Part shown: in pieces, positions 1 through 12,050 of the stretch
How the letters are laid out: the number at the start of each line of letters is the position of its first letter
How positions within the stretch are numbered: position 1 is the stretch's first letter
Origin: Camelus ferus
Lineage: Eukaryota
DNA length: 64,000 nucleotides
Reading direction: 5' to 3'
NCBI RefSeq assembly: GCF_009834535.1
Contig: NC_045697.1
Location: forward strand, 69,070,001-69,134,000
Position numbers and translations under genes: made by a program
Notes under the pieces: generated by a model
Seen by the model: the letters and a program-made list of their open reading frames with translations, nothing else
What the model was told of the DNA's origin: nothing
Database searches by the model: none

Positions 1-459
1 TCACTGATAAATAGAATAAAATAATGTGAAAACTATTATTTAATCTTTTTATCTAATCATTCTTAATTTCTATTTTAAGTTTGTTCTACAAAGTACACAT
101 TACAGTAGAACATTATTAAATATATAATAATTATATAATTATAATAATTATGTAATTAATTCTGTAATATAATTGATAATTATGTATTTATAATATATTG
201 AAATGTTCAAAAAATTTTAATTAGGGGTGCATAGTCAAAAAGAAATTTGGAGATCACTGCTTTAGTAGAACCAGTCCCATTATGCCTCAAATTCCTGTTT
301 ATTTCAGTCATCTTTGGAAGTACAAGTCCCTCTGCCATCCATTGCGGCCTGCTCTTTCATTCCAATACTGCTCTGTAATCTTCTAATCTGACGAAATCCC
401 ACTCCCATCTCAACCTTTCCACCCTGCCCTCAGTTTGAGTGTGAATCAACAAACTTCTT

Positions 460-999
460 ATGGTAGCTACTCTCCATTGATGGCTACCAGTAGATCACAA
501 CCCTGGTATTGACATCATTGTGAGCCCCCTCCCTTGAAGCTGGACTGGCTCTGTGATTCACTTTAATCAATAGAATGTGGCAGAAGTGATGATGTGTCTG
601 TTCTGGGTGTAAGCCTCAAGGTCTGGCAGATTCCACTTCTGTGCTTTTGGGGGGCCCAAGCTGCCATGTTAGAAGTCCAGCTACACTCCTGGAAAGTTCC
701 TGTGGAGAGGGAGAGACTCTGAGGCAAGAGAAAGAGACAGACAGACAGACAGACACCCTGGCATCCCAGTTAAGCCCAGCTCTCCAGTCATCTCTCCTAA
801 GACAACAGATACGTGAATGAGCCAATTGGATTTTCTAGCCCAAAGCCCCCAGTGACTTTAGCCCCATATGACATCGTATGAATCAGAAGAATCACCCAGC
901 TGAGCCCAGTCAACCTGATGTATCTTGAGAGATAACAAAATTGCTATTTTAAGCCACTGGTTTTGGTGTGATTTGTGAAGCAGCAATTGATAACAAAAC
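460..999 (+). mobile_element. MaLR LTR (MLT1F/G-like)
   Basis: Typical motifs aatagaatgtggcagaagtga, cagctgagcccagtcaacc and ttttaagccact...gcagcaattgataac; boundaries approximate. Confidence 0.72.
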
Positions 1000-1727
1000 C
1001 TTCTGTTACATTCTCAATCTTCTGGAAACGTTCCTTTCCACCTTTTGACTAAAAACTGACTTTCCAGTGAGGACATTTACCCTACAGCCCTCTCAAGTGA
1101 TATCTGTTTTTCCTCTCACACTCCACCTACTACAGAGCCAACAGACAGATTAGGTCTTCTCCTTTCCCCAGTGTCCTCCTGCAGAGACCTCTGTTCTCCT
1201 GAAGCTCATGCCATCTGGCTATGTCCTTGTCTAAATCATGTTGCTGCCATCTGCTGATCTCTTGGCCATTCCTCTTCACTGGTAGATAACCTACCCCCTG
1301 GCTCACCCTCCACTCCTATTTTTGTCAGTATGTTCTGTGATTTCACCATCCATGTGGATGACTCAGCCTTATAACTTTCCTCTCAGTTCCTTGACTTCTT
1401 AACTTTTCCTCTACTCCTCTTCAGCCACCTGTTCCCATGGGTGTAACTTAGAACTTATAAACTGTATCACCTTTGAAATATAAATGTAAAATATCTTATC
1501 CTTTTAGCTCACATGTGTTATTAACTGCTCTGCAACCATTCTCTGACCATATCAGAATCTCTAAACAACGAAATATTGAAGAAAATAACCAAGCTGATAT
1601 ATTACACTTTTCATTGATAATTACAGACCTCACATAGGCATTAAATGCTGCCCAGTAATATTACTTAATTTCTGCATTAGGTTTGCATTCATAATTTTGG
1701 ACACAACTACTTCGTGCTGTCTCTTCT

Positions 1728-2276
1728 TGTTACCGGGAAAAGGGAAATAAAAATTACCTCAGGTTCTTAGTCACCCGAAAAAAAAAAGAATTTTTAACGA
1801 GAAATAGAAAGTGTGATACAAGCATGATTTTTATTAGTTAAGTAAAAAGGCAGTAAAATATAGTACACTCCTGAGAATTGGGAGCGGGTCGATCCAAGAG
1901 AGGAAAAATGGCGCCGCTTCTTTGTTTCTCTGTCTTATATCCTGGCTTAGGGGCGTTTTTTTGTGATTGAGTGATTGATTGATGGCTCAGGTTCCTTGAA
2001 GGATCAGGCTGACTGACAGCTCAGGTTCCTTGTGCTCTGGCACGACCACCCCCTTTTGGGCAGGTTCATTGGGTACAAAGTTACAGTGGGTCCTTCTCTT
2101 ACACGCAGCTGCATTGTTTTGATTTTAGCTGGTTTCTTTTGCTGGCCCTCATTTAGAGAAAGTAAAAGTTTCTGGAGTGCTTTATCCTGAGTGCAGATGA
2201 ACTGTAATTTTCTTGGTTGTTCCTTTCCCCTTCTTCTCCCCCTACCCAGTGCTCATTTCTATCTAACTGCCTAACA
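1728..2276 (-). mobile_element. Solo ERV LTR (probably class I/ERV1), copy 1
   Basis: TG...CA termini and 4-bp TSD ttct (1724-1727 / 2277-2280). On the minus strand a TATA-like box (1934-1942) precedes AATAAA (1830-1835). Highly similar to 11106-11624. Confidence 0.88.
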
Positions 2277-2280
2277 TTCT

Positions 2281-4240
2281 CCCTCAAACCTCTTAGCTCC
2301 CTTGCCCCTCTCCTTACTCTCCATTAATGATGTCACCTTCATGCTTCATAAATAAAATGAAGTTATTCAATGGAGACTCTCCATCTTCCTGTCATCAAAT
2401 CTACCAACCCACCTATATCAGTATTTTTACTGCTGTTACAGAGATTCACTTCGGTGTCCATCTCTCAAGTCCATCTTCCAACTAGAGCTCTGGACCCCCT
2501 TCCCCTCTGCCTTTGTGAAGGTTTTTACCTCCAGTTATTCTGTCAACTTTGCATCACCAATGGGCCATTTACTTCAGTGTAAAAACAAAAAATCTTTAAA
2601 AATCCCTTACATTCCTTATTATGCCAGTTCTCTGCCCTGCTCCAGAGTAAAATTTCTTTTAAAAATGTACACAAGCTATCACCTATCTACCAGTCCTTCT
2701 TCAGATTCTAAATCTGGTTTCACTTCCCAGTGTTCACAAAAATTACTCTTGCAGAATCACCGACAATCTTTTCTTTGCCAAATCCAAGGAACATAATTCT
2801 GTTGCCATCTTATTTCTCTCCCAGTTTTCCCCATTTGAATTCATGGCTCCACCATCACCCAGTCACTTAAACCAGAAATCCCAGCCTTAATTAGCCTTAA
2901 TTACCTGGCCTTAATTCCTCCTTGACAGTCTCCCCTAATCTAATTAGTCAGCAAGTACAGCCTTTCTACCTCTAGACCTCTAATCCTCTCACTTTTCTCC
3001 TCCACTACAGTTACCCTGGTGCAAGCCACACCATCTCTCAAATCAGCTAGGAACTGATAGCCTCTTAGATGCTCTTCTTATTTCTACTTGTCTCCACAGC
3101 AGCTAGGGTGATCTTTCCAAATTGTGTATCAGTATATGAAACCCCACTACTAAAAACCTTTCACTGTTGTTTGTATTTAGAATGAAATTCAAACTCTGTA
3201 TCATGGCCTGTAAGACCCATCTGATGGAACTATAAGGGTAATATTCATGCCCCCCTTCCCCTCCACTCATTCCGTAGAAAGGAAAAAACTCTGCAGGAAG
3301 CAAAGCATGGAAATTTTCCCATTCTCTCCCAGCAACTGCCCCATCTACTCTCCTCCCTTAGTGTTCCTTCCCCTGAGTAGGAAGAGGGAATTATCTCACT
3401 GCTGAGATGGCAACGGGAACTGAGAACGTGTGGCTCAGAGACTTCTTGGGTTCCTTCCTTCAGAATGGCTTACTTCTCTGCCCTTTAGAAACTAGTCAGC
3501 CCTTGGAGGAAAGCCTCCAGTTCAGTTTTGCTGGGGACAAGCGGGGAGGCAGATTTATTCAGGCTGATGGCAGTGGGAGGAGTATTAGGAAGCCCTTTTG
3601 ACTGTGTTCTCCAATCAGCAGAATCAGTAAGATCTCTGTCTAATCTGATTCCCGAGTCCTATATCCCACTTGGTTTTAAATTCTGGAATAACACGGAGGG
3701 TTTTGTTTTTTGTTTTTTGGGTTTGGTTTTTTTTTTTTTTTTTTTTTTTTGCATCCATTAAAGCCCCAAATTCTACAGTCCTAGAGTTTTCACTACCTTC
3801 GCAACTTCATTTTTGCCACTCTCCCTGGCTTACTAGGCTTCAGTTACTCTGGCTTTCTTTCATTTCCTAAAATATAGCCACAGTTTTCCTGCCTCAGAAT
3901 CTTTGCACTTGTAGGTCCCACTGCCTGAAGAGCTCCTCCTCTGGCTTTTTGCATGATCTGCTTCTTGTCTTCAGGTCTCAGATTAATTATCATATTCTAA
4001 CAGTGGCCTTCCCACACGATGTTATGTAAAGTTACTTCCCCACTGTCATTTTTGTCTGTCACAGCTCCTTATCTGCTTCCCTCATAGTGCTTGTCACATC
4101 TTTTATGTTTTGGTTATTTATTTGCTTGTTTGTCCTTTCTTAAATCTGCTCAATGAGGGAGCAAGGCATAATTGTTCACTGTTATATCCTCATATCTTAG
4201 CTCACGTTAGGCTGGTGGTATTTGTTGAAAAAATGAAGGA
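2281..4240. mobile_element. Fragmented L2 remnants (similar decayed L2/MIR pieces at ~1050-1720, 6360-6500, 7980-8660, 10020-10590, 16440-17850 and 54700-55500)
   Basis: Pyrimidine-rich L2-like motifs such as ctccacagcagctagggtgatcttt, tttgcacttg..ccactgcctg and tatttgttgaa. Boundaries are not resolvable by eye. Confidence 0.5.
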
Positions 4241-4734
4241 CTACATGAAAATAGCAATTTAGAATTAAAACTTGGCTTGCTGACTTGATAATTACAAAGT
4301 GTAAATTCCAATTAATTTCCAGATGAATTTTTAATATTCTTATAATTGTTTTGTTCCTAGAAAACCAGGAATTGGTTTATTCATCATAAAAACCAGTTTC
4401 GAGAGATGATTACTTCAAGAATATGAGTCAATTTAATCAATGATGTTTATTGAAAGGGTCCATATATAGAAGTGTTACTAGGTTCTAGGGAGGAAAAAGG
4501 GACATAAAAAGTGGATCTGGATAGTGGATCTAGAAAGAAAATAATGTATACCTATGAAATGATTTACACACATATATAAAATAAAAAGTCTATTTTCCAG
4601 CATGATTAGAGAACTAGTTAATAAATTTATCAGTATAATCACATATACATATCACATATGTATCACCTATACATACAGGTTTTTTTCAAATTTTCATATA
4701 TTTAATGGAACAAAATAAATTTGATATTAACTAC

Positions 4735-5693
4735 TGAGGTAGGCAGAATAATGCTCTCCACCCACGAGATGTCCACATTTCAAGTCCCTGGAATCTGTCA
4801 ATATGTTACCCTACATGGCATTAGGGACTTTGCAGATGTGATTAAATTTAAGGATCATGAGATGGGAAGATTATCCTGGATTATTTTAAAATAATACACA
4901 CATGTGAACACCAAGCCTGGACTCCCTACTCGGCCCTGTTTCTATGATATTGATTTGGACCCTGAAACTGAGCAGGTGAATGCCCTGTCTAAAAAGTCAG
5001 ACATCTTTAAGAAGCTACTTTGAAAATTTGGCCAGTGTTTATTCAGGCCTACCGTCAGGAAGGATGGGGAAGTTTAGAGAAGTCAGTCTCTTCCCCAGAG
5101 ATCTTCTGAAATAAGTAGTGGGAGTTCCCCCAGAAACCTTTCTTTGATATTAATTCCCATCACTATGTATAAATTAGCATAAATCATACACATGGCTAAT
5201 CACTTTATTGAGAATAAAAGTAAATAGATTTGCAAAAAAATTTTTTTTAAGAAGAAAGAAAAATTCCTATGAAAATTAATTGGAATTTACAGTTCATAAT
5301 TATCAAGTCAGCAAGCCAGGTATTACTTCTAAATTGCTATTGTCATATAATCATTCATACACACCCACAAAGCCAGTGGGCCCAGTATAATCGTGAGGGT
5401 CCTTATAAGGGAAAGAAATAGGCAGGAGAGTGAGAGGAGGAGCTGGGGTTGCAGGCTGGAAGGGAAACACAGCTCAGGAAAGTGGGCTGCCTTTGGAAGC
5501 TAGAAAAGGCAAGGAAACAAATGTTCCTCCAGAGCTTCCAGAAAGGAATGTAACCCTGCTGACACTTTGATTTTAGCCCAGTGAACTCCATTTTAGACTC
5601 CTGACCTCCAGAACTGTAGGATAATAAATCTGAGTTGTTTTAAGCTACTCATTTTGTGGTAATTTGTTACAGCAGCCGTAGGAAATAAATACA
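4735..5693 (+). mobile_element. MaLR LTR (MLT1D-like), split by an insertion at 4885-5372
   Basis: Starts tgaggtaggcagaataatg. The consensus run ggattat|cc.gtgggccc is interrupted by the insertion. Ends ...ttgttacagcagccgtaggaaataaataca. Confidence 0.82.
4904..5262 (+). pseudogene. MTHFD1: 5'-truncated processed pseudogene fragment of MTHFD1 (C-terminal codons + 3'UTR + decayed polyA)
   Basis: 4904-4987 translates [28 protein letters not shown], versus the recalled MTHFD1 C-terminus [29 protein letters not shown]. There is a 1-nt deletion just before the TAA. The downstream sequence resembles the recalled MTHFD1 3'UTR (aagaagctactttgaaa...ggccagtgt..attcaggcc). AATAAA at 5213-5218 and an A-rich tail from 5234. 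Confidence 0.9.
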
Positions 5694-7774
5694 AGTACGT
5701 TAAGCAAACTTCTTTCAGTCCTTAATACTTCAGAATCTTGCAGCCCCTCAGGATCACCATTAAAAGAGGCAATTATCAGTGAACTGTCAGTAAATAGGCA
5801 TGATGGTTAATGAGGCTTTTCTATTCAGAAGTCTGAATAAGCCAGTTTTTATTATAGAAGCTTCCTAAGCAGTAAGAATTGCTTAATCAGGGTTGCATGA
5901 GATTACATTAGGATGTCTCCTTAAGGAACTCTTTAGGTGAATTTTAAAGTAGGGAAAAGAGGACCCCTGAAAAGGAAATGGTGGAGACTTCAAGAGGATC
6001 TGGGAAAATCTGAAGCTTAGGGAAAATGGGCAATTACTAGTGATTAGGGCTACACAAAATATATGAAGTAAGCCAGATGATCTAATCAGAACTCCTCTTT
6101 TGAATTATTTCATTTTAATCTAAAACACCACTCTTAAAATGCTTACATCTATTTCACAAGAGGAATGGATGGGTTTAAGCCTATTGGCATAGATTACTAT
6201 ATTAGCTTCTGTTGAAAAGAAAATCATCCTTAATTAGAAACCAAACCAGACAGTTAACCTTGATGGTGTGGAGGAGTAGGTAAAATAAAATACAGGTGTT
6301 TCTCTTCAATGTTATAGTGGAGGTGAGGTCGGGGTGAGTAAACAAGTTGATATGAGGTGATGTGATGAAATGGAAGGAGCGTGGACTTTGAACTCAAATA
6401 GACTTGGTTCAAATTCCAGCTCTACCTTTTATTGGTCATGTGACATTAGGCAAATTAATTAAAATATCTTGTTTCTCCATTTCCTTATCTGTAAAATAGT
6501 ATTAGATGTTAGTGTGCCATGTGAGTTTTTGACACATAAATAATACCAAGAGCATCAGACTAATTTCAATTACTTCCCAGTTTTGCCTTGACCAGCCCAG
6601 GGTAGGAGGAATGGAATGTTTTAAGATTTGGAGGAGTTCTCTGGCAAATCTGTGAGGATGTGCACATGTGGGTGGGTGGGGTGGAGAGTGGAGATAATTT
6701 TAGGTAGTAGAACCGAATGCCTCTAGCAGAATCGAGCACCCTAAGAAACATATTCCTTAAATCTGAAAGATAGTTCATGGGTTCTCTCCTTGACAGGCCT
6801 ATTATAATTTATAATATTTACAAAGAAGAAATTTGAGAGTCAAAGTAAACTGTCCCAAAAGACAACTTAACGGCCCCAGAGGTAGTTAGAGGTGGAATGG
6901 GACTCAGCATTCTTGTGTCCTGAACTCTTTTTCTCTATGGTAATGTACTCAACCATCACGTCTCTTGGTGTTCTCAAGCCATATTTATTTTGCTTTGGCA
7001 CAATTTTCTCATTATTATGAAACATGAAAGACAAAATGAGGTGAGAAAACTCTGTAAGGAGTCTGTAAACTGAGATGTCATTCTCTGAGCTGGTATCTCA
7101 CTAGCAACCCTTTAAGGGCTGAGTTAAATTTGAAGTTTAGAGGAAGAAAAGGAAACAAAGGTTACCCGTACTTATCAAATGATTTAAAAACACACAAGTG
7201 TAATGAATTCCTGCATGTTATGATTTAGAATCCTAGATGCACAGCAAGCTTCTAACCCTCCTTTGAGTGTATGTACTGCCAAAGCCAGCACCTAACCCCC
7301 TTTTAATGCAACAGGATGCAAAGCCAACTGAAATTAAAATAGGCTAAATATTATTTCAAGAATAATTGAGCCTATATCCTAATCAAAAGCAGCTTTATTA
7401 AATATTCAAACAAAATATAATAGCAACAGAGATTCTGTCTTTTATATTTGTAAAGTTCAGAGAAGCAGGAGCAAAAAAAAATTTCTTTTAAAGACAAACG
7501 GACTTCAAATGAAAGTATTTTACAACATAGTATTTTTAATCTGTTGAGGTCACACAAAATATAAGGTATTTTCCCTCAGCACATTTATCTACATATTATT
7601 GCAATGAGGATTTGAGTCAGATAAGTTTAGATCTGACTTCTGCTTCCTATGTTTCTTAGTTATAGGTCCTAAATAAAATTATTTAACCCCTCTTAACATG
7701 CTTCATCATTTGTAAAGCTGAGATAATAATACCTCACACTTGGTACCGTTATATTATTTAAAATAAATAATCCT

Positions 7775-7953
7775 GGGGGGAGGGTATAGCTCAAGTGGTA
7801 GACACAAGCTTAGCATACAAAAGGTCCTGGGTTCAATCCCCAGTACCTCCCCTAAACATAAATAAGTAAATCTAACTACCTCCCCCTCACCAATAAAAAT
7901 AAATAAATAAATAAAAATATATAAAAGAAATTTATAAAAAAATTTAAGAAAAT
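7775..7953 (+). mobile_element. tRNA-derived SINE (camelid-type) with A-rich tail
   Basis: Pol III A box (tagctcaagtgg) and B box (ggttcaatcc). TSD aaaataaataatcct / aaaataaacaatcct (7760-7774 / 7954-7968). Confidence 0.88.
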
Positions 7954-10900
7954 AAAATAAACAATCCTATCTGACATCTAATCAATTACCAAGCCAATAC
8001 CATTTCCTTAATATTTCTTAAGACTGTTTGTTACTCTCTATCCCTGCTGCTTCTGTTTTAGTTCCATTCGTTCATATTTGGAATATTACAGCAGTCTCCC
8101 AGCTTCTAGTCTAGACCTCATTCTTAGGCACTTTCCACTTTGAAACTACTCAAATATAAATTTAACAATGTCATTTTCAAAATTAAAATCCTCCAGTAGC
8201 TTCCTGCTGCTCTTAGGATAATGTCCAATATCTGACCTCAGCCATCAAGACCCTACAAGAATTGATCCCTCTTCCTTGTCCACTTTTGTTCCATGACCTT
8301 CTCCCTTCTCCTACACCTGTGCACACCTCACCCTCACCATGAGCTGCTTGCAGGTTCCTCAGAGATTCAAATTCTTGCCTCTAGGCCATGGACATAAAGC
8401 CTTCTGCTTGGTTGACTTCTATCCCTACTTCAGGTCTCTGCTTGGTGGCATGTTCCCCAGAAGGCTCTATGATAGGATTAAATGTCCTACCTATTTTCTT
8501 CCCCACTACCTCATCTTGGGTACCACATTACCACATCTCTACAGCACTGTGCTCTATTTACTTGTTTGTCTCTACTACTGTACTCCTCGAGGGCCAAAGG
8601 TCTCTTATTCACTCTTGTGTACCTAACTCCTAGATAGAACGTCACATGCTGTCAATAAATAAAGCTTTCTCTAATCTACTGCTGCTTCTCCTGCCCCTAA
8701 CAGTTTTCACCACATTCCATTTCTCAGAAACTTTCAATGACTCGATATTTCTTACCATATCAAGTTCAAATTCCTTTGCTTGGCTATTTTAGGCTCTCAC
8801 AATTTTTCCCTCTTACTAAATTTCCAATCTTATTTCCCAATATGCCCCAGCATGTACCTTTTTGATGGTCTTATGAATATGACATAGCCATGCCTTAGTT
8901 TATACTATTTCTCTCTCCTGGAAAAGATTCCTTTCTTCCCATAATATTTTCCAAAAAAATTCTATCCATCCACATCCTCTCCTTATGAAGCCATCTTTAA
9001 CTTCTTTGACTAGTTCTCTTTATATGTGAGTTCTCAGACTTAGGCGATCTTGTAATTGGAAGAAACATTTAAAATAGACAGCTCCCTAACCTTGTTTTGC
9101 ACGATGTGTATACCTATAACTATCTCTTTTCTCACCCAGCACAGTGCTGAGCTCAGAAGAGATGCTCAAAAACTACTTGACTGATTTTGAAGTGCTTTTT
9201 CCCATCTAAAAAATGTATACAATCTAGGCCTATAATTGTTTGCAGTACATCAACATCGGTAACTTGAGGTGACAGAGTATGAGAAAAGAAAATTTAGATT
9301 TCATAAGATGTAGAAAATAGTTAATATACTAAGTAAATGAGAGGTGGGGGTAGGGTTACTATGAACTAGGAGTTAAGACATTTCAGTTGTTCAACCAGGA
9401 CTAGTCCAACCTCACTGAGGCCTTTTGAAAACAGAGTTTAGGCAGAAGACTGTTCACTGCCAAATCATTTATCACTGCAAAGTTTAGTTAACTACTCCAG
9501 TGAGATTCCCTTGAATGTTATTCAGAACATCATGGTGAAGAAGAGGCAATCAGTTCCCTATTATTCTTTTAAAGAACATTCTTTCCGTTCTCTTTCTACT
9601 TCTTGCTTTGCCCCTCCCAGTACATTTCCATTACAGAATTTAAATCACCTTCTAACCTCTTGTTTACAGGCATCAATGAGGTAAGTTTTGTTATAACCCT
9701 TGCCAAAATGTAGTGCTTCTGACCCTTTCTAATAAACATTTTCCTTGATACTTCTCTTCACCTGCCCCATGCTCCAGCAACTTGTTACACAAATTAATCT
9801 GTGGTTCTTTACGAATATACAGATATTTCTAGATAGAATTTCCTCCTTTATTTCATACCAGGCCTAATCAAATCCTGAGCATTGCTTAACCCAGAGCATG
9901 AGAACTACCGGATTTATTCTGGAAAACCCTTTTACATCAGAAGAATATTTTCTAGCTGTTTATGTGATCAGTGACTAGAAGTTTCATCAAAGTAATTTTT
10001 CTAACATATAAGCTTTTTGAGAGCAGGGACCATAGTTTTTCTATCCCTGGTGCCTCTTACAGTGCCTGATACATAGGAGGCACTCAATAAATCTCTATTG
10101 ACTGAATGAGTGAATAAATCAGTACAAAACTAGCCCTTACCCTTTAGAAGATTCACAGTTTAAGACAGAAACAATGCAGATAGCAGCTGTCATCATCATA
10201 TCATTATAAATATTTATTGAATAGCTAATTTTACTTGGTGAGGTGCTAGAGTTTATAAAAAGATTAATAACACCATTCTTGCTCTCTTTTAAGACAAAAA
10301 CTCTGAAAGAAAGAATGAAAAGACTTTCATTCATACAACAGTTTTTTTTTTGTTTGTTTGTTTTTAAATGGAGCACTGGCTGTGTGTTAGCATTGTTCTG
10401 GCACTCAGGGTATAATGGCAAATAAAGCAGACAAAAATCCCTCCCCTTGGGGAGCTTAAATTTAAATGGGGGTAACAGCCAATAAGCAAAATATATATTA
10501 TCTTAGTGATGAGTGCTAAGGAAAAAATAAAGTATGAAACTGGGGCTAGTGTTGAGATTTTAGAGAAAATGGCTAGGGAAGGCCTCATGTAGACAACTTT
10601 TTTTTTTCATGTAGACAACTTTTTAATAAAAAGAGAAAGGAAAAAAGTGAAGATATGAGGGAAATGCTATATTCCTATAACAGGAGAAGACAAGGGAGGG
10701 GAGGGGAACTGGTGGTGTATGTGAAAGGGGCAGGCATTATACCCGCCCACTTCCTCAGGTAGCAGTCAGCATCAGGTCTCACTGGGGCTACACAGCAATT
10801 TGTCAGGTGGGAGATCACAAAACCTCTTCAGCTGCTTTTGCTAGTTTCAATTCATGCATCCAAATGAAAAATAGAAGATGCTCTTAGAAACTATTGTAAA

Positions 10901-11105
10901 ATATAGCTATGAAAGGAAGTAGAAGGAAAAGTGAAGCTCACGAACTTGAGAATCTGGCAGAGATTGATGTAGGTGAAGGAAAGAGAGAGCGATAAAAATG
11001 AGGAGCAGTGATACAAAGACCTCAGGGTGGTCTTCTGGAGAGATCCAAATGAATGTAGAACATGGTAGGGGCATGTGTGTGAGTGTATGTGTGCGTGCGT
11101 GTGTG

Positions 11106-11624
11106 CATGACCGGGAAAAGGGAAATAAGAATTACCTCGGTTCTTAGTCACCCCCCCAAAAAAAAGAACTTTTGACAAAAGACAGAAAGTGTGATATAAG
11201 CAAGATTTTTATTGGTGAAGTTAAAAAAAATAGTAAAAGATAGTACACTCCCAGGAATTGGGAGCGGGCCAATCCAAGAGAGGGGAAAATGGTGCTGTTT
11301 CTTTGTTTTTCCTGTTCTTATATCCTGTCTTAGGGGCGTTTTCGTAATTGATTGATTGATTGATTGACAGCTCAGGTTCCCTGCGCTCTGGCATGCCCAT
11401 CCTCTTTTGAGCAGGTTCATTGGGTCAGGTTATATCAGGGCCCCCTCCCATGCGCAGCTGCAATCCTTTGATTTTAACTGGCTTCTTTTACTGGCCCTCA
11501 TTTAGAGAAAGTAAAAATTTCTGGAGTCCCTTTTCCTGAATGCAGACATACTATTATTTTCTTGGTTGTTCCCTCCCCTTCCTCTCCCCTGCCCAGTGCT
11601 CATTTCTATCTAAACTGCCTAACA
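11106..11624 (-). mobile_element. Solo ERV LTR, copy 2 of the same family, inserted into a TG-rich tract
   Basis: Colinear with 1728-2276. TSD tgtg (11102-11105 / 11625-11628); left terminus mutated (catgaccggg vs tgttaccggg). Minus-strand TATA-like box at 11317-11325 and AATAAA at 11208-11213. Confidence 0.86.
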
Positions 11625-11643
11625 TGTGTAGTTCACATTGGTG

Positions 11644-12050
11644 TGTTATGGGCTGAATCATGTTTTCTGCAAGTTTATTCCAAGTTTATTGTTGAAGTCC
11701 TAACCTCTAGTATCTCAGAATGTGACCTTATTTGGAAATAGGGTCACTGCAGACACAATTAAAGATGAGGTCATACTAGAGTAGTTGGGCCCCTAATCAA
11801 AAATGACTAGTGTGCTCATAAAAAAGAAAAATATGAACAGACATGCCATTTGAAAGCTGGAGTTATGCTAACCACAGGCCAAGGACCGACCAGAAGCTAG
11901 GAGAGGCCTGGAAGAAATTCTTTACAGCCTTCAGTGAGTCCTAACCACACTTTGATTTCAGACTTCTGGCCTCTAGAACTGTAAGAGTACATTTCTGTTG
12001 TTCTAAGCCACCCAATTTGTGGTACTTAGCAGTCCTAGGAAACTAATTCA
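11644..12050 (+). mobile_element. MaLR LTR (MLT1B-like)
   Basis: tgttatgggctgaat...cagaatgtgaccttatttggaaatagggtc...ttcagacttctggcctctagaactgt...ggaaactaattca. Confidence 0.8.

Noticed and set aside
7775..7850. tRNA-like sequence with A and B boxes
   Set aside because: It has an A-rich tail, a TSD and two more diverged copies in the window, so it is a SINE rather than a tRNA gene.
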